The notes: generated by a model not told the origin, from the letters alone. A stretch of 64,000 nt of DNA from Patescibacteria group bacterium (GCA_038065415.1 JBBTRA010000003.1:9314-73313), one strand, 5' to 3'; numbered from the stretch's first letter, positions 39,181-50,350 are shown. Translations and numbers: made by a program.

Positions 39181-42100
39181 TTACTCCTCCGATTCGGTCT
39201 CTGTCGGTGCGATTGCATCGATCATAGCGCGCTTCGGCGATCCTTTGTATCCAGAACCTGCTGGAACGAGGCGACCGATGATGACGTTTTCCATGAGACC
39301 AGTAAGGTTGTCCTCTGCACCACGAACTGCATTACCAATGAGCACGCGAGTTGTGTGCTGGAACGAGGCGGCAGAGAGGAATGATTTGCGTGAGAGCGAT
39401 GTCTCGGTGATACCCATTACCAACTTCTCTACCTTGGCCGCAGATCCTCCTGCGTCCTTGGCAGCCGTATTTTCATCAGTGAGATGTGTATCGTCAACGA
39501 TCATACCTTCAGTGAGGTTCGTGTCTCCTGCATCCTTGACGCGGCGGCGGCTGAACATCTGCTTCACAATGAGCTCGATGTGCTTGCGTGACACCGTCTC
39601 TCCCTGGAGCTCGTAGATCTTACCAACTTCGGTAATAACGTACTCCTTGGCACGCTCTTCTCCTCCGAACTCGAAGACCTCATCGATATCAGCCGATCCA
39701 TCCGTGAGGAGATCACCCTTCTTGACCTTGTCGCCAATCTTCACGAAAGCCGTACGGCGATATGGGAAGACATACTCAACTTCCTCAATCTTCTTCTTAC
39801 CCTTGGTATCCTCGATCTCTGGGAGGAGGCGGATAACCTTCTCCTTGCCAATCTCCTTGACCTCGGTCACCACACCGTCGACTGATGCGACGACTGCAGG
39901 GTTCCTTGGACGACGCTTTTCGAAGATCTCTTCGACGCGCGGCAGACCGGCAGTGATATCTCCTGCTGCAGATGCAGCTCCTCCTGCATGGAAGGTACGC
40001 ATCGTAAGCTGAGTTCCTGGTTCACCGATAGCCTGAGCAGCTACTGTACCTACAGCTTCGCCCAGATCGATAAGTTTGTTCTTTCCAAGATCGAGACCAT
40101 AACACTGTGCGCACACTCCACGGATAGTCTTACATGAGAGCGGAGATCGTACGTGGACCGCAGTAGCACCAGACTCTTCAATGACGAGTGCGTCTGCCTT
40201 GGAAAGGAGATGTCCCTTCTCAAAGAGTGTCTTGCCGTCCATACCCTTCAACGTCTCTGCAATGACGCGTCCGCGAATGTTCTTCGACAGAGGGATAGCC
40301 ATACCTGATGCAGTCTGTGTGCGGATGATGATGCTTTCCTTGGTGCCGCAGTCATCCTCTGATACCACGACATCCTGCGCAACCACGAAGAGCTTACGTG
40401 TGAGATATCCTGCCTTAGCCGTGTTGAGAGCCGTGTCGGTGAGACCCTTACGTGATCCGTGGGTAGTAATGAAATATTCAATCGGAGTCAAACCTTCCTT
40501 AGCACAGGAGAGAATCGGGAATTCAATCGTATCTCCGGAAACGGAAGCAATGAGACCCTTCATACCTGCCATGATAGTGATCTGTGAGAGGGATCCGCGA
40601 GCACCTGAGTTGACCATGTCGTAAACTGATCCATTCTTATCGAGAGATGCTGGGATGACCTTCTCTACTTCACTCTTGGCACGCTGCCAGATTTCGATGT
40701 GCTTCCTGATGCGTTCCTCCTCAGTGAGGAGACCCTCCTCGAACTGACCAGTGACACGCTCTGCGTCCACCTTACCCTTCTTGACGATGGCGTACTTCTC
40801 CTGTGGGATCACAATATCGTCGATACCCCAAGTTGTACCGGAGAATGTGGCAAAGCTGAATCCGAATGATTTGATGCGATCAAGAATCGGTGCAACATTA
40901 TTGACACCATGGAGAGTGACCATGTCATCAATGATTGAAGCGATGCGCTTGCGACCTACCTCTTCGTTAATAAATGGATAATCTTCAGGGAGAACATTGT
41001 TGAGAAGGATACGTCCAACCGTAGTCTCAAAGAGGCCTCCGGCGAATTTCGCATACTTCGGAGTGTTTGGCGCGAGCACCTTAACAGCCTCACGGAGTCC
41101 TATATCCTTGAAATTCTGTGCCAAAACTGCAGCCTCAGGAGATTCAAAATACTTCTGTGGCGCCTTGGTATCAGCCTTGTCTATGATCTTGGTGACCCAG
41201 AAACAACCGAGCACGATGTCGAGAAGCTTAGCAACAACTGTAGGATCATTGTTACCTGGCTTCAATATGTTCTTATCAGATGCCATGATTTCCTTGGCTT
41301 CCATCTGAGCTTCTTCAGAAAGCGGGACGTGGACTGCCATCTGGTCACCATCGAAGTCAGCGTTGAAGGCTGTACAGACGAGTGGGTGCACCTGGATAGC
41401 ATTACCCTCGATCAGGATCGGGCGGAATGCCTGAATACCGAGACGATGCAATGTAGGTGCGCGATTGAGGAGCACATACTTGCCCTTGATGACTTCTTCG
41501 AGGATCTCCCAGACTTCCTTGGCACCATCATCGATGAGACGATTTGCTCCGCGAATATTGTACGCAAGTTCTTTCTTGAGGAGACCAGAGATGACGAATG
41601 GACGGAAAAGTTCCAAAGCCATGTGCTTTGGGAGACCACACTGGTCGAGCTTGAGCTCAGGACCAACCACGATCACGGAACGACCAGAATAGTCGACACG
41701 CTTACCGAGGAGGTTCTGGCGGAAGAGACCACGCTTGGACTTGAGACTGTCAGAGAGCGACTTGAGAGCGCGTTTCTGAGCAGCGGCTGCAGCTGCTCCA
41801 GCTGACGAGCTGTGACGGATCGAATTGTCGATGAGAGCATCCACTGCTTCCTGGAGAATGCGCTTCTCATTGCGGAGAATGACTTCTGGAGCGTTGATTT
41901 CCTTGAGCTTCAAAAGACGATTGTTACGGTTGATGACGCGGCGATAGAGGTCGTTAACATCAGATGTTGCATAGCGGCCACCATCGAGCGCGACCATCGG
42001 ACGGATACCAGGTGGGATGACAGGAATGCGGATGAGGAACATCCACTCTGGGCGGAGCTTGGCCTTGATCATCTGCTTGACGAGCGAGAGGCGCTTGGAG

Positions 42101-42861
42101 AGCTTCTCCCTGTCAGCGGCTCCAGCGTTGTCGACATATCCCTCGAGCTCAGTCTTGAGCTTGGCGAGATCGATCTGCTTCAGGAGATCATAGATGACTT
42201 CTGCACCGATACCTGCCTCGAAGAGGGCCCCGTACTTAACTGCATACTTGTGATAGGTGACCTCGTCCATGACCATACCGAGCGCAAGACTCTCAATCTC
42301 CTTGCGAGCATTGACGACAAGCTCCTTGAGAGCCTCCTTCGTCTTATCGTCCTGAGCGGTCTTGAGCTTGCTCTTGTATTCTGCATCGAGCTCCTTAAGG
42401 AATGACTCCTTCTCATGTTCGTTGACCTTGGTGACGATGTAGCCAGCGAAATAGACAACCTTTTCGAGATCTGCAGTCGTCATGCCGAGTATAAGACCGA
42501 TGCGTGACGGAACTGAACGGAGGAACCAGATGTGAGATACAGGCGATGCGAGCTCGATGTGACCCATGCGGTCGCGACGAACTATCGAGCGGGTGATCTC
42601 GACTCCACACTTCTCACAGACGATACCCTTATAGCGGATACCACGATATTTACCACAGTAACACTCATAGTCTCGATCTGGTCCGAAGATGCGTTCGTCG
42701 AAGAGACCGCTCTTCTCTGAACGTTGAGTGCGATAATTGATAGTCTCAGGCTTGGTGATCTCACCGTGAGACCATTCGAGGATCTTGTCAGGCGATGCGA
42801 GCGAAAGCTTCACAGCGTCGAACTGTACCGGGTCCATTGATTTCTTGGTTATGGTAGTCAT
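39181..42861 (-). CDS. rpoC: DNA-directed RNA polymerase subunit beta'
   Basis: 1226 aa; NADFDGDQMAVH catalytic motif, zinc-binding cysteines. Confidence 0.97.
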   Translation of the reverse strand: MTTITKKSMDPVQFDAVKLSLASPDKILEWSHGEITKPETINYRTQRSEKSGLFDERIFGPDRDYECYCGKYRGIRYKGIVCEKCGVEITRSIVRRDRMGHIELASPVSHIWFLRSVPSRIGLILGMTTADLEKVVYFAGYIVTKVNEHEKESFLKELDAEYKSKLKTAQDDKTKEALKELVVNARKEIESLALGMVMDEVTYHKYAVKYGALFEAGIGAEVIYDLLKQIDLAKLKTELEGYVDNAGAADREKLSKRLSLVKQMIKAKLRPEWMFLIRIPVIPPGIRPMVALDGGRYATSDVNDLYRRVINRNNRLLKLKEINAPEVILRNEKRILQEAVDALIDNSIRHSSSAGAAAAAAQKRALKSLSDSLKSKRGLFRQNLLGKRVDYSGRSVIVVGPELKLDQCGLPKHMALELFRPFVISGLLKKELAYNIRGANRLIDDGAKEVWEILEEVIKGKYVLLNRAPTLHRLGIQAFRPILIEGNAIQVHPLVCTAFNADFDGDQMAVHVPLSEEAQMEAKEIMASDKNILKPGNNDPTVVAKLLDIVLGCFWVTKIIDKADTKAPQKYFESPEAAVLAQNFKDIGLREAVKVLAPNTPKYAKFAGGLFETTVGRILLNNVLPEDYPFINEEVGRKRIASIIDDMVTLHGVNNVAPILDRIKSFGFSFATFSGTTWGIDDIVIPQEKYAIVKKGKVDAERVTGQFEEGLLTEEERIRKHIEIWQRAKSEVEKVIPASLDKNGSVYDMVNSGARGSLSQITIMAGMKGLIASVSGDTIEFPILSCAKEGLTPIEYFITTHGSRKGLTDTALNTAKAGYLTRKLFVVAQDVVVSEDDCGTKESIIIRTQTASGMAIPLSKNIRGRVIAETLKGMDGKTLFEKGHLLSKADALVIEESGATAVHVRSPLSCKTIRGVCAQCYGLDLGKNKLIDLGEAVGTVAAQAIGEPGTQLTMRTFHAGGAASAAGDITAGLPRVEEIFEKRRPRNPAVVASVDGVVTEVKEIGKEKVIRLLPEIEDTKGKKKIEEVEYVFPYRRTAFVKIGDKVKKGDLLTDGSADIDEVFEFGGEERAKEYVITEVGKIYELQGETVSRKHIELIVKQMFSRRRVKDAGDTNLTEGMIVDDTHLTDENTAAKDAGGSAAKVEKLVMGITETSLSRKSFLSAASFQHTTRVLIGNAVRGAEDNLTGLMENVIIGRLVPAGSGYKGSPKRAMIDAIAPTETESEE

Positions 42862-42873
42862 GATGGTGATGGG

Positions 42874-45800
42874 TTATTCCTCCTGTGCGTGAGGCTTGTT
42901 GGTAAGTTCGACATTGAGAGCCAATCCACGAAGCGTCTTGAGGAGCACATTGAAGGAAGCTGGCAGATTCGGAGCCTTCGGACGCTCACCCTTAACGATG
43001 GCATCGAAGGTCTGGGAACGACCGACGATATCATCCGACTTGACCGTGAGGATCTCGCGGAGCGTATGAGCTGCGCCGTGACCGAGGAGTGCCCAGACTT
43101 CCATTTCTCCGAAACGCTGACCTCCGCCCTGGGCTTTACCGCCAAGAGGCTGTTGCGTGATGAGCGAGTAAGGACCAATAGAACGCATGTGGATCTTGTC
43201 CTCCACCATGTGGTGCAACTTGAGAATATACATGTATCCGACTGCGATAGGCTGTGCAAAGTGTTCACCCGTACGACCATCACGGAGCTTCATCTTACCT
43301 GAAGCATCGTATCCTGCTTTGACGAGCTCTTCCTTGATCTCAGCATCAGTTGCTCCAGCGAATGGAGGGACGATAGCCTGATATCCAAGCTCGCTTGCTG
43401 CGAGTCCGAGGTGGAGCTCGAGAATCTGTCCGAGGTTCATACGAGATGGAACTCCGAGTGGTGTGAGAATCACATCGATTGGACGACCATCATCCATATA
43501 TGGCATATCCTCTTCTGGAAGAATGCGTGAGATAACACCCTTGTTTCCGTGGCGTCCAGCCATCTTGTCACCTACTGAGACATTACGGACCTGGGCGACC
43601 TCGATATAGATCTTCTTGATGATACCTGATTCGAGCTTGTCCCCCTTCTCGCGAGAGAATATCTTGACTGAAATAACGCGGCCGCGCTTGCCGTTCTCCA
43701 TGCGCTTGGAAGTATCCTTAACATCGCGAGCCTTCTCACCGAAAATAGACCTGAGGAGGCGCTCTTCTGGTGTGAGCTGAGTTTCGCCCTTCGGTGAAAT
43801 CTTACCGACGAGGATATCTCCTGGACGAACTTCTGCACCGATGCGGACGATACCTTCTTCGGTGAGGTTCTTGAGCTTTGCTTCACCAACGTTCGGAATA
43901 TCACACGTGGTAACTTCAGGTCCGAGCTTGGTATCGCGCACATTAACTACGAACTCTTCGATATGGATAGAGCTCCACTTGCTGTTCTTGACGACGCGCT
44001 CCGAAAGGATGATAGCGTCTTCGTAGTTATTTCCTGACCATGACATGAACGCCACGAGCGCATTGTGACCGAGAGCTATCTGGCCATTCTCTGATGTAGA
44101 GGTATCAGCAAGCACATCTCCCTTCTTGACCTTGTCTCCGACCGAAACGATCGGGCGCTGATGGAAAGCTGTGAAGCCGTTCGTTCGCGAGAAGAGTACG
44201 AGCTTGTATTCATATTTCTTCCCTTTCTTAGATGCGAAGACAATCTTCTTGGCGTCAACATGGGTGATTTCGCCATCTTCTGGAGCAATGATGAGGCGTC
44301 CGGTATCCAAGACCGCCTTTTTCTCTATGCCAGTAGCGACGAATGGAGCCTCAGGAACGAGACATGGGGTTGCCTGTTTCTGCATGTTCGATCCCATGAG
44401 TGCACGGTTTGCATCATCGTGATTCACAAATGGGATGAGTGAGGTCGCGATAGAGAATGCCTGGTTGCTCGAGACATCGATATAGTCGACATCCTTCTTG
44501 TGAGCCATAGCAGGCTTGCCGTTGATACGAACCTCGATATCATCTACCTGAAGAGCGCCTTTCTCATCAAATGGGGTCGCAGCGTGTGCGATACGGAAGT
44601 TCTCTTCCTCAAGCGCATTCATATAGACGATTTCCTTGGTGATGATGCCATTCTTAACCTTGGCATATGGAGTCTCAATCATGCCGAAGTCATTGATGCG
44701 GGCATACATAGTGAGACGCAATACGAGACCGATGTTCGGACCTTCAGGAGTGTGAATAGGACAAAGACGACCATAGTGAGATGGATGCACATCGCGGACT
44801 TCGAAGCCTGCACGTTCACGCGAAAGACCTCCGGGACCAAGGGCCGTCAGAGTGCGGAGATGCTCGACTTCAGCGAGCACATTCTCCTGCTGCATGAACT
44901 GGGAGAGCTGGTTAGTCGTGAAGAACTCCTTGATACGAGCCTGGAGCGGGCGAGGATAGATGAAAGATACAGGGAGCGTGACATCAGGCTCAACCGTAGA
45001 CATCTTGTCCTGGATATTGCGCTTCATCTGAGTAAGGCCGAGGCGGATGCGCTGTTCGAGAAGCTCACCAACGTATCGAACGCGGCGTGATCCGAGGTGA
45101 TCGATATCGTCAGGCTGGGTATCTGGAGTCGTAGTAAGGGTTACGATGTGTGCAATTGTGCTCGCAACATCATCGAGTGAAAGCGTACGGCGCTCGAGCT
45201 CCTTCTCATCCATCGACTTACCAAAGCGCTTGTTGAAGCGGAAACGTCCAACACGAGAGATATCATAACGATCCTCCTTGAGGAGTGACTGCACGAAGTT
45301 ACGTGCGTTCTCAGCAGTAGCGAGATCTCCATCGCGGAGACGCTTGTGAATCTCCATGTATGCTTCGTCCTTGGTCTTTGCATGGTCCTTAGAGAGAGTC
45401 ATCTCAACAACTTTGACAGCGTCAGGATTGCCTTTGAAGAGGTCCATGATCTTCTCATTTGTCTCTGCGCCCAGAATGCGGAGGAGTGAGGTGACTGGAA
45501 ACTTACGCTTGCGGTCGATACGGCAGTATATAGTACCGTCGGTATCCGTCTCGATTTCCATCCATACACCGCGAGCAGGAATAACCTTGGCACCGAAGTA
45601 GTTCTTGCCCTTTACCTCGTTGCCCGTGAAGAAGATACCAAAGGAACGCGCGAGCTGAGGAGCGATAACACGTTCAACACCGTTGATGATGAAGGTACCA
45701 TGATCCGTCATAAGTGGAATGTCCGCGAGGAACATCTCCTGCTCTTTGACCACATTGAGAGACTTGTTCTTGAGGGTGACTTTGACCTTGATCTGTCCTT

Positions 45801-46053
45801 CGTAGTTGAGCTTGTTATCCTTGGCATAATGCTCGTTGAATTTCGGTAGCATGAGCTCGGGAGAGCCTATTGAAAGCTCGAACTTCTTCTCAGCATAGTC
45901 CTTGATCGGCGAAAACTCGTCGAGCAGGTTCTTGATGCCCTTCTCCACGAGCTGCGTGAAGGAGATGAGCTGAGACTCCACAAGGTGTGGCATCTCAGCG
46001 AGCGGTGCCTGGTATCGGGAAAAATATTTCTTCGGGCGGATGGTGGTGGTCAT
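42874..46053 (-). CDS. rpoB: DNA-directed RNA polymerase subunit beta
   Basis: Start assigned to MTTTIRPKKYFSRYQ; conserved rifampicin-cluster and catalytic regions. Confidence 0.97.
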   Translation of the reverse strand: MTTTIRPKKYFSRYQAPLAEMPHLVESQLISFTQLVEKGIKNLLDEFSPIKDYAEKKFELSIGSPELMLPKFNEHYAKDNKLNYEGQIKVKVTLKNKSLNVVKEQEMFLADIPLMTDHGTFIINGVERVIAPQLARSFGIFFTGNEVKGKNYFGAKVIPARGVWMEIETDTDGTIYCRIDRKRKFPVTSLLRILGAETNEKIMDLFKGNPDAVKVVEMTLSKDHAKTKDEAYMEIHKRLRDGDLATAENARNFVQSLLKEDRYDISRVGRFRFNKRFGKSMDEKELERRTLSLDDVASTIAHIVTLTTTPDTQPDDIDHLGSRRVRYVGELLEQRIRLGLTQMKRNIQDKMSTVEPDVTLPVSFIYPRPLQARIKEFFTTNQLSQFMQQENVLAEVEHLRTLTALGPGGLSRERAGFEVRDVHPSHYGRLCPIHTPEGPNIGLVLRLTMYARINDFGMIETPYAKVKNGIITKEIVYMNALEEENFRIAHAATPFDEKGALQVDDIEVRINGKPAMAHKKDVDYIDVSSNQAFSIATSLIPFVNHDDANRALMGSNMQKQATPCLVPEAPFVATGIEKKAVLDTGRLIIAPEDGEITHVDAKKIVFASKKGKKYEYKLVLFSRTNGFTAFHQRPIVSVGDKVKKGDVLADTSTSENGQIALGHNALVAFMSWSGNNYEDAIILSERVVKNSKWSSIHIEEFVVNVRDTKLGPEVTTCDIPNVGEAKLKNLTEEGIVRIGAEVRPGDILVGKISPKGETQLTPEERLLRSIFGEKARDVKDTSKRMENGKRGRVISVKIFSREKGDKLESGIIKKIYIEVAQVRNVSVGDKMAGRHGNKGVISRILPEEDMPYMDDGRPIDVILTPLGVPSRMNLGQILELHLGLAASELGYQAIVPPFAGATDAEIKEELVKAGYDASGKMKLRDGRTGEHFAQPIAVGYMYILKLHHMVEDKIHMRSIGPYSLITQQPLGGKAQGGGQRFGEMEVWALLGHGAAHTLREILTVKSDDIVGRSQTFDAIVKGERPKAPNLPASFNVLLKTLRGLALNVELTNKPHAQEE

Positions 46054-46279
46054 ATTTTTTATAATATTAGTAAAACTCACGACGGGACCGAACAGCAACA
46101 AACACGCAAAAAGTCCGTTTGTGGATAAACGGGTATTGATTTCACTGCGGGGCTAGCGAGTGATAGACACGAGTAGGATTAATGATGGACCTTTCTAATC
46201 CTCCGCTAAGGCAGAACACAATCTGCGAAGTTGTGTCTACCCTAGCATATACATATAGAATGTCAAGGCTGTGGACAAG

Positions 46280-46975
46280 TTATTTCTTCTTTTTACCCAT
46301 TTTCCACTGATCCATCTTGGCATGGTGTCCACTCAAGAGTATCTTTGGCACCCTATACTTCTTACCCCTGTATTCAATGACTTCCGGTCGTGTATACACA
46401 TCTGGGCTAGCAACGCGCTCCTCTTCTATAGACTGAATATCACCCAAAACTCCAGGAATACGGCGCGTAATGGTATCTATCATGATCATCGCCGCCAACT
46501 CCCCTCCGGTGACAACATATGGTCCGACTGAGATGTCTACCATCGGAAACGCTTTCTTCACACGGGCATCGATACCTTCATAGCGGCCACAGACAAAAAC
46601 AATGTCTGTATATTTCTTAAATGTCTCTGCCATCTCATTGGTAAACTGTTTTCCAGCCGGACTGAAAAACACAATCTTCACTTTTGATTTTGAAGTTTTA
46701 GATTTCATTTTCTTGCCGATAGCTGCTTCAATAGCCTTGATTACCGGCAATGCTTCGATGACCATGCCTGGTCCTCCACCATATGGCCTATCATCAACGC
46801 GACGCTCAGCATAGGTCTGCTTCTTCTTATTCGCAGAAACAGTAAAGTCGCGTGGATTGTAGTATTTGAGAGCAATCAACCCCTTCTCCTGGGCACGCTT
46901 CAAGATAGAAGCGTTGAGGTACGACTCGGTGCTTTCAGGAAAAAGAGTTACAAGATGGTAGGTGGTCATAGGCAT
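46280..46975 (-). CDS. trmD: tRNA (guanine37-N1)-methyltransferase
   Basis: 231 aa; SPOUT-class fold pattern, DDRPYGGGPGMV motif. Confidence 0.9.
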   Translation of the reverse strand: MPMTTYHLVTLFPESTESYLNASILKRAQEKGLIALKYYNPRDFTVSANKKKQTYAERRVDDRPYGGGPGMVIEALPVIKAIEAAIGKKMKSKTSKSKVKIVFFSPAGKQFTNEMAETFKKYTDIVFVCGRYEGIDARVKKAFPMVDISVGPYVVTGGELAAMIMIDTITRRIPGVLGDIQSIEEERVASPDVYTRPEVIEYRGKKYRVPKILLSGHHAKMDQWKMGKKKK

Positions 46976-47033
46976 TAACGAAAATCGTGATACTTCAAAG
47001 TACCACGATTTTCAAAAAATGTCACTATCTTTG

Positions 47034-47378
47034 TTACTCGAGCTTGAGATCAGCCATCGCTTCGTCTACAGTCTTTGAATTTGGAGTGACGAGCGGAGTG
47101 GTAGTACCCATACGCTCAGGAGACTTGAGGCCACCTACAGGCTCGTTGATCTTGAGATTGACGCGGGAGTTGTTCTTCATGCCGACGACGCGGAGGAGTG
47201 TGCGGACAGCCTTGGCAGTATTTCCCTGTCGACCGATGATCTTACCCATATCTGCTGCACCAACTTCGAGAGTGAGGAGTACACCCATCTCATCGACTGT
47301 GCGAGTAGTCTTGACCTCTTCTGGATTATCTACGAGGGCTTTGATGACATAGTCGAGGAACTCTTGGTCTTTCTGCAT
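47034..47378 (-). CDS. KH-domain RNA-binding protein (YlqC/UPF0109-like)
   Basis: 114 aa; GKIIGRQGNTAKAVRTLL KH GxxG loop. Confidence 0.75.
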   Translation of the reverse strand: MQKDQEFLDYVIKALVDNPEEVKTTRTVDEMGVLLTLEVGAADMGKIIGRQGNTAKAVRTLLRVVGMKNNSRVNLKINEPVGGLKSPERMGTTTPLVTPNSKTVDEAMADLKLE

Positions 47379-47509
47379 ATTCTTAAGTTTAATTCGTAAT
47401 CGTACAGTTCGCTGTACTGTGATAATTATAACCGATGTTCAGAGTTCGAGGCAAATCAAATCCCCGGTTCTCGATAGGATCCCGGGGGTCCGAACCTGTA
47501 TTCGATCTG

Positions 47510-47866
47510 TTACGCTGCTACTGGAGCAGATTCTACAGCAGGAGCTGCGGCTTCAGGAGCCTTTGCAGCTTCGGCAGGAACCTCTTTCTTCTGGACCGTC
47601 TTGAGAGGGAGAGCGTTGATCTTCTTGCCAGCGATAACCTTGTTGGAAACAAGGAAGTTGTGGAGAGTTACAGAAAGCTTGGCACCCTTGGAGATCCAAT
47701 GCTTGATAGCCTCGACTTCGAGCTGTTCAACCTTATTCTTGATGCGGGTATCATACCATCCAAGTATCTTGAGATAGCGACCGCTCTTCGGGCCATTCTT
47801 GGAATCAGTCAAAACCACACGGAACGTTGGTTCGTGTTTGCGTCCAGTGCGCTGTAGGCGGATCAT
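47510..47866 (-). CDS. rpsP: 30S ribosomal protein S16 with Ala/Pro-rich C-terminal tail
   Basis: Start assigned to MIRLQRTGRKHEPTFRVV (or MLM at 47872). Confidence 0.85.
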   Translation of the reverse strand: MIRLQRTGRKHEPTFRVVLTDSKNGPKSGRYLKILGWYDTRIKNKVEQLEVEAIKHWISKGAKLSVTLHNFLVSNKVIAGKKINALPLKTVQKKEVPAEAAKAPEAAAPAVESAPVAA

Positions 47867-47928
47867 TAACATGTGTCGTGAAATACTAGCAGAATAGCCC
47901 AAAAATTGCAATAACCATGATGCGATGA

Positions 47929-49110
47929 TTACTGGTTATTCAATATCTCCTTTACAGCTTTCAATACCCTCTTTATCTCTGCCTTCGTAGTCCATCTTCC
48001 AAAGGAGAACCTAATCGCTGTTGCACTATCAGCACGCATCGCCTTCAAGACATACGACTCTTCCTCATCCCGCAAACACGAGCTCTTGGTCGAGCAGGCG
48101 ATACCGCGTGCATCCAGTTGAAAGAGAAAGAATTCATTATCGATACCGGGTATAGAGACATTCAAGATATGTGGTGCATGTTCAACACTCCTCCCATTGA
48201 AAATGATGCGAGAATCAATTTCTTTCAGTCCGGCAGCCATCATGTCGCTCAGGTCCCGCACCCTGTTCACTTCTGAGGCACTCTTGGTTTCAACTGACCC
48301 CCTCTCTGAGCCCACTATCTCGAGTGCCCGAGCAAACCCTGCGATTGCGGGGATATTCTCTGTACCTGATCTGAGTCCTCCCTCCTGTCCCCCTCCATGT
48401 ACAACAGGTTCAATAGGTGTCCCTCGCTTCACATATAGACAACCTGTACCACGCGGACCATACACCTTGGTACCATCGAGTGTGAGCAAGTCGACACCCA
48501 GTTTTTCCACAAATACTTCCTGATACAAAACCGCCTGCGCAGCATCAGTATGAAACAAAGGATAATTAGCGCTCTTTTCCTGCCTGATTATTTTCGCAAT
48601 CTCTCGGAGAGGCTGTATGACACCTGTCTCATTGTTGACCGCCATAATTGATACGAGAACAGTACTTGATCTGATCGCCTTTCTGAGATCATCGAGTGAT
48701 ACAACCCCTGAATGATCTACAGACAGACGCGTTACTTCACACCCATGCTTCTCCAGCATGGCTACAGTTTCCATGACCGACGAGTGCTCTATGGAAGAAA
48801 CGATGATGTGAGGTTTCTCGATACCCGCCGCGTGCGCGGCTTGCACGACACCTTCCAAGGCCAAACCATTTGCCTCAGTACCACCGCCAGTGAAGATGAT
48901 TTCATCAGGATGAGCATGAATGAAATCAGCAACCTTTTTCCTGCTTTCAGCCAGCACCTTCTTGGCTGCAACACCTTCCGCATACAACGAAGAAGGATTG
49001 GCAAATCTAGGCGATGAGTACTTCACGACCTCCTTGACGACACGAGGGTCAATAGGTGTCATCGATGCATAGTCGAGATAGATGCGGCGCTTGAGTGGAT
49101 TCTTGATCAT
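47929..49110 (-). CDS. cysteine desulfurase (class V aminotransferase, IscS/NifS-like)
   Basis: Start assigned to MIKNPLKRRIYLDYASMTPIDP; PLP-lysine region SIMAVNNETG... Confidence 0.85.
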   Translation of the reverse strand: MIKNPLKRRIYLDYASMTPIDPRVVKEVVKYSSPRFANPSSLYAEGVAAKKVLAESRKKVADFIHAHPDEIIFTGGGTEANGLALEGVVQAAHAAGIEKPHIIVSSIEHSSVMETVAMLEKHGCEVTRLSVDHSGVVSLDDLRKAIRSSTVLVSIMAVNNETGVIQPLREIAKIIRQEKSANYPLFHTDAAQAVLYQEVFVEKLGVDLLTLDGTKVYGPRGTGCLYVKRGTPIEPVVHGGGQEGGLRSGTENIPAIAGFARALEIVGSERGSVETKSASEVNRVRDLSDMMAAGLKEIDSRIIFNGRSVEHAPHILNVSIPGIDNEFFLFQLDARGIACSTKSSCLRDEEESYVLKAMRADSATAIRFSFGRWTTKAEIKRVLKAVKEILNNQ

Positions 49111-49706
49111 GCGCACATGGTATTTCAAATCCTTGACACAGTCAATATCTATGTTGTCAGAATTTTTACCCCTACAAAAAATCGCCCTGCAGGTATGCGG
49201 ACGATCGTGCGAGATTGTTCAATTTTTCCTCCGTGAATGAAGAGGGTGGTACCGACGTGCACCCTTGGAAGAAGTGCGCGCCTGATCAGATCGTTTTGAT
49301 CGATCCAACCGAGGTTGATGGGACCAGAGCGGCGGACGGATATCTGGAGGGCTGACACTGACGATGGAGTATGCACCGAGGATGAATGCGTACACACGCA
49401 AACAGCCCCCAGTTCCCCCGCAATTGTGATAGAAGGTCATGCGAACCTCCACATGAATGAAGGTTGAGGTGCAAAGAACGCTCTGTCGCGACCGGCTCGA
49501 TGAACAGGTGCAGGAGCGGTCGTCAACTGCTCTTCCTCATCCTCGAACAGCTCAGAATCTTCCGGTGGACGAACCTTGATCACACAGAAAAAACCGAGAT
49601 ACCACGTGATCTCAAACCAGCTTTCCTTTGTTGTGTTCATTCTGCACATGAATATACCCTATTGCTCCCCGATGTTCAATCTCAGATTTTCATATATAAT
49701 GTGCCC

Positions 49707-50186
49707 ATGCAATCCCTCACATCGAACCCACTTCTGCTCGGCTTCATCATCCTCTCCATTGCGACGCTTGCTCTGCTTGGTTTGGTCATATGGATGTATC
49801 TGAAACTCCGTCGCTTTCTCGTCAACATCGACGCCCACCACATCGGCGACTCACTCACCAGCGTTTCAAGTGACCTCAAGGATCTCCAGACCTTCCGCTC
49901 CGAGATGGAAGCGTATCTTGCACTCGTCGAGAAGCGTCTACGCAAGAGCATCCAATCCATCCACACGGTTCGTTTCAATCCATTCAAAGGCACGGGCGGG
50001 GGTAGCAACCAAAGCTTCGCTACTACGCTCCTCACTGAAGATGGTGATGGCGTCATCATATCGAGCCTCTACGCCCGCGATCATGTGAGCGTGTATGGCA
50101 AACCAATTTCCGGACACCAGTCAACCTATGAGCTCTCCGACGAAGAAAACGAATCCCTAGAAACTGCAAAAAAAGCTCTGAAATAA
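49707..50186 (+). CDS. DUF4446-like small membrane protein
   Basis: Start assigned to MQSLTSNPLLLGFIILSIATLALLGL; RFNPFKGTGGGSNQSFATTLLTEDGDGVIISSLYARD motif; TATATAAT ends 7 nt before ATG. Confidence 0.5.
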   Translation: MQSLTSNPLLLGFIILSIATLALLGLVIWMYLKLRRFLVNIDAHHIGDSLTSVSSDLKDLQTFRSEMEAYLALVEKRLRKSIQSIHTVRFNPFKGTGGGSNQSFATTLLTEDGDGVIISSLYARDHVSVYGKPISGHQSTYELSDEENESLETAKKALK

Positions 50187-50350
50187 GCCTTTTCTTATCC
50201 CCGGAGTGTACTTTACTTTTTTGATATATATGGTATAATAGCGCCAGCATTGGAAGCTCGTTGAAAACGAAGCTCTGAACCAATCTCAACAACTTTAACC
50301 AGCCATTCGGACACCATCCGACTGACACATCCAAAAGAAAGGAGGCGCGT

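Noticed and set aside
41812-42405. 197-aa + strand ORF (also 44500-45090, 196 aa; 42889-43302)
   Set aside because: Antisense ORFs inside rpoC/rpoB. Long antisense frames are expected in these conserved genes, and they have no independent promoter or terminator.
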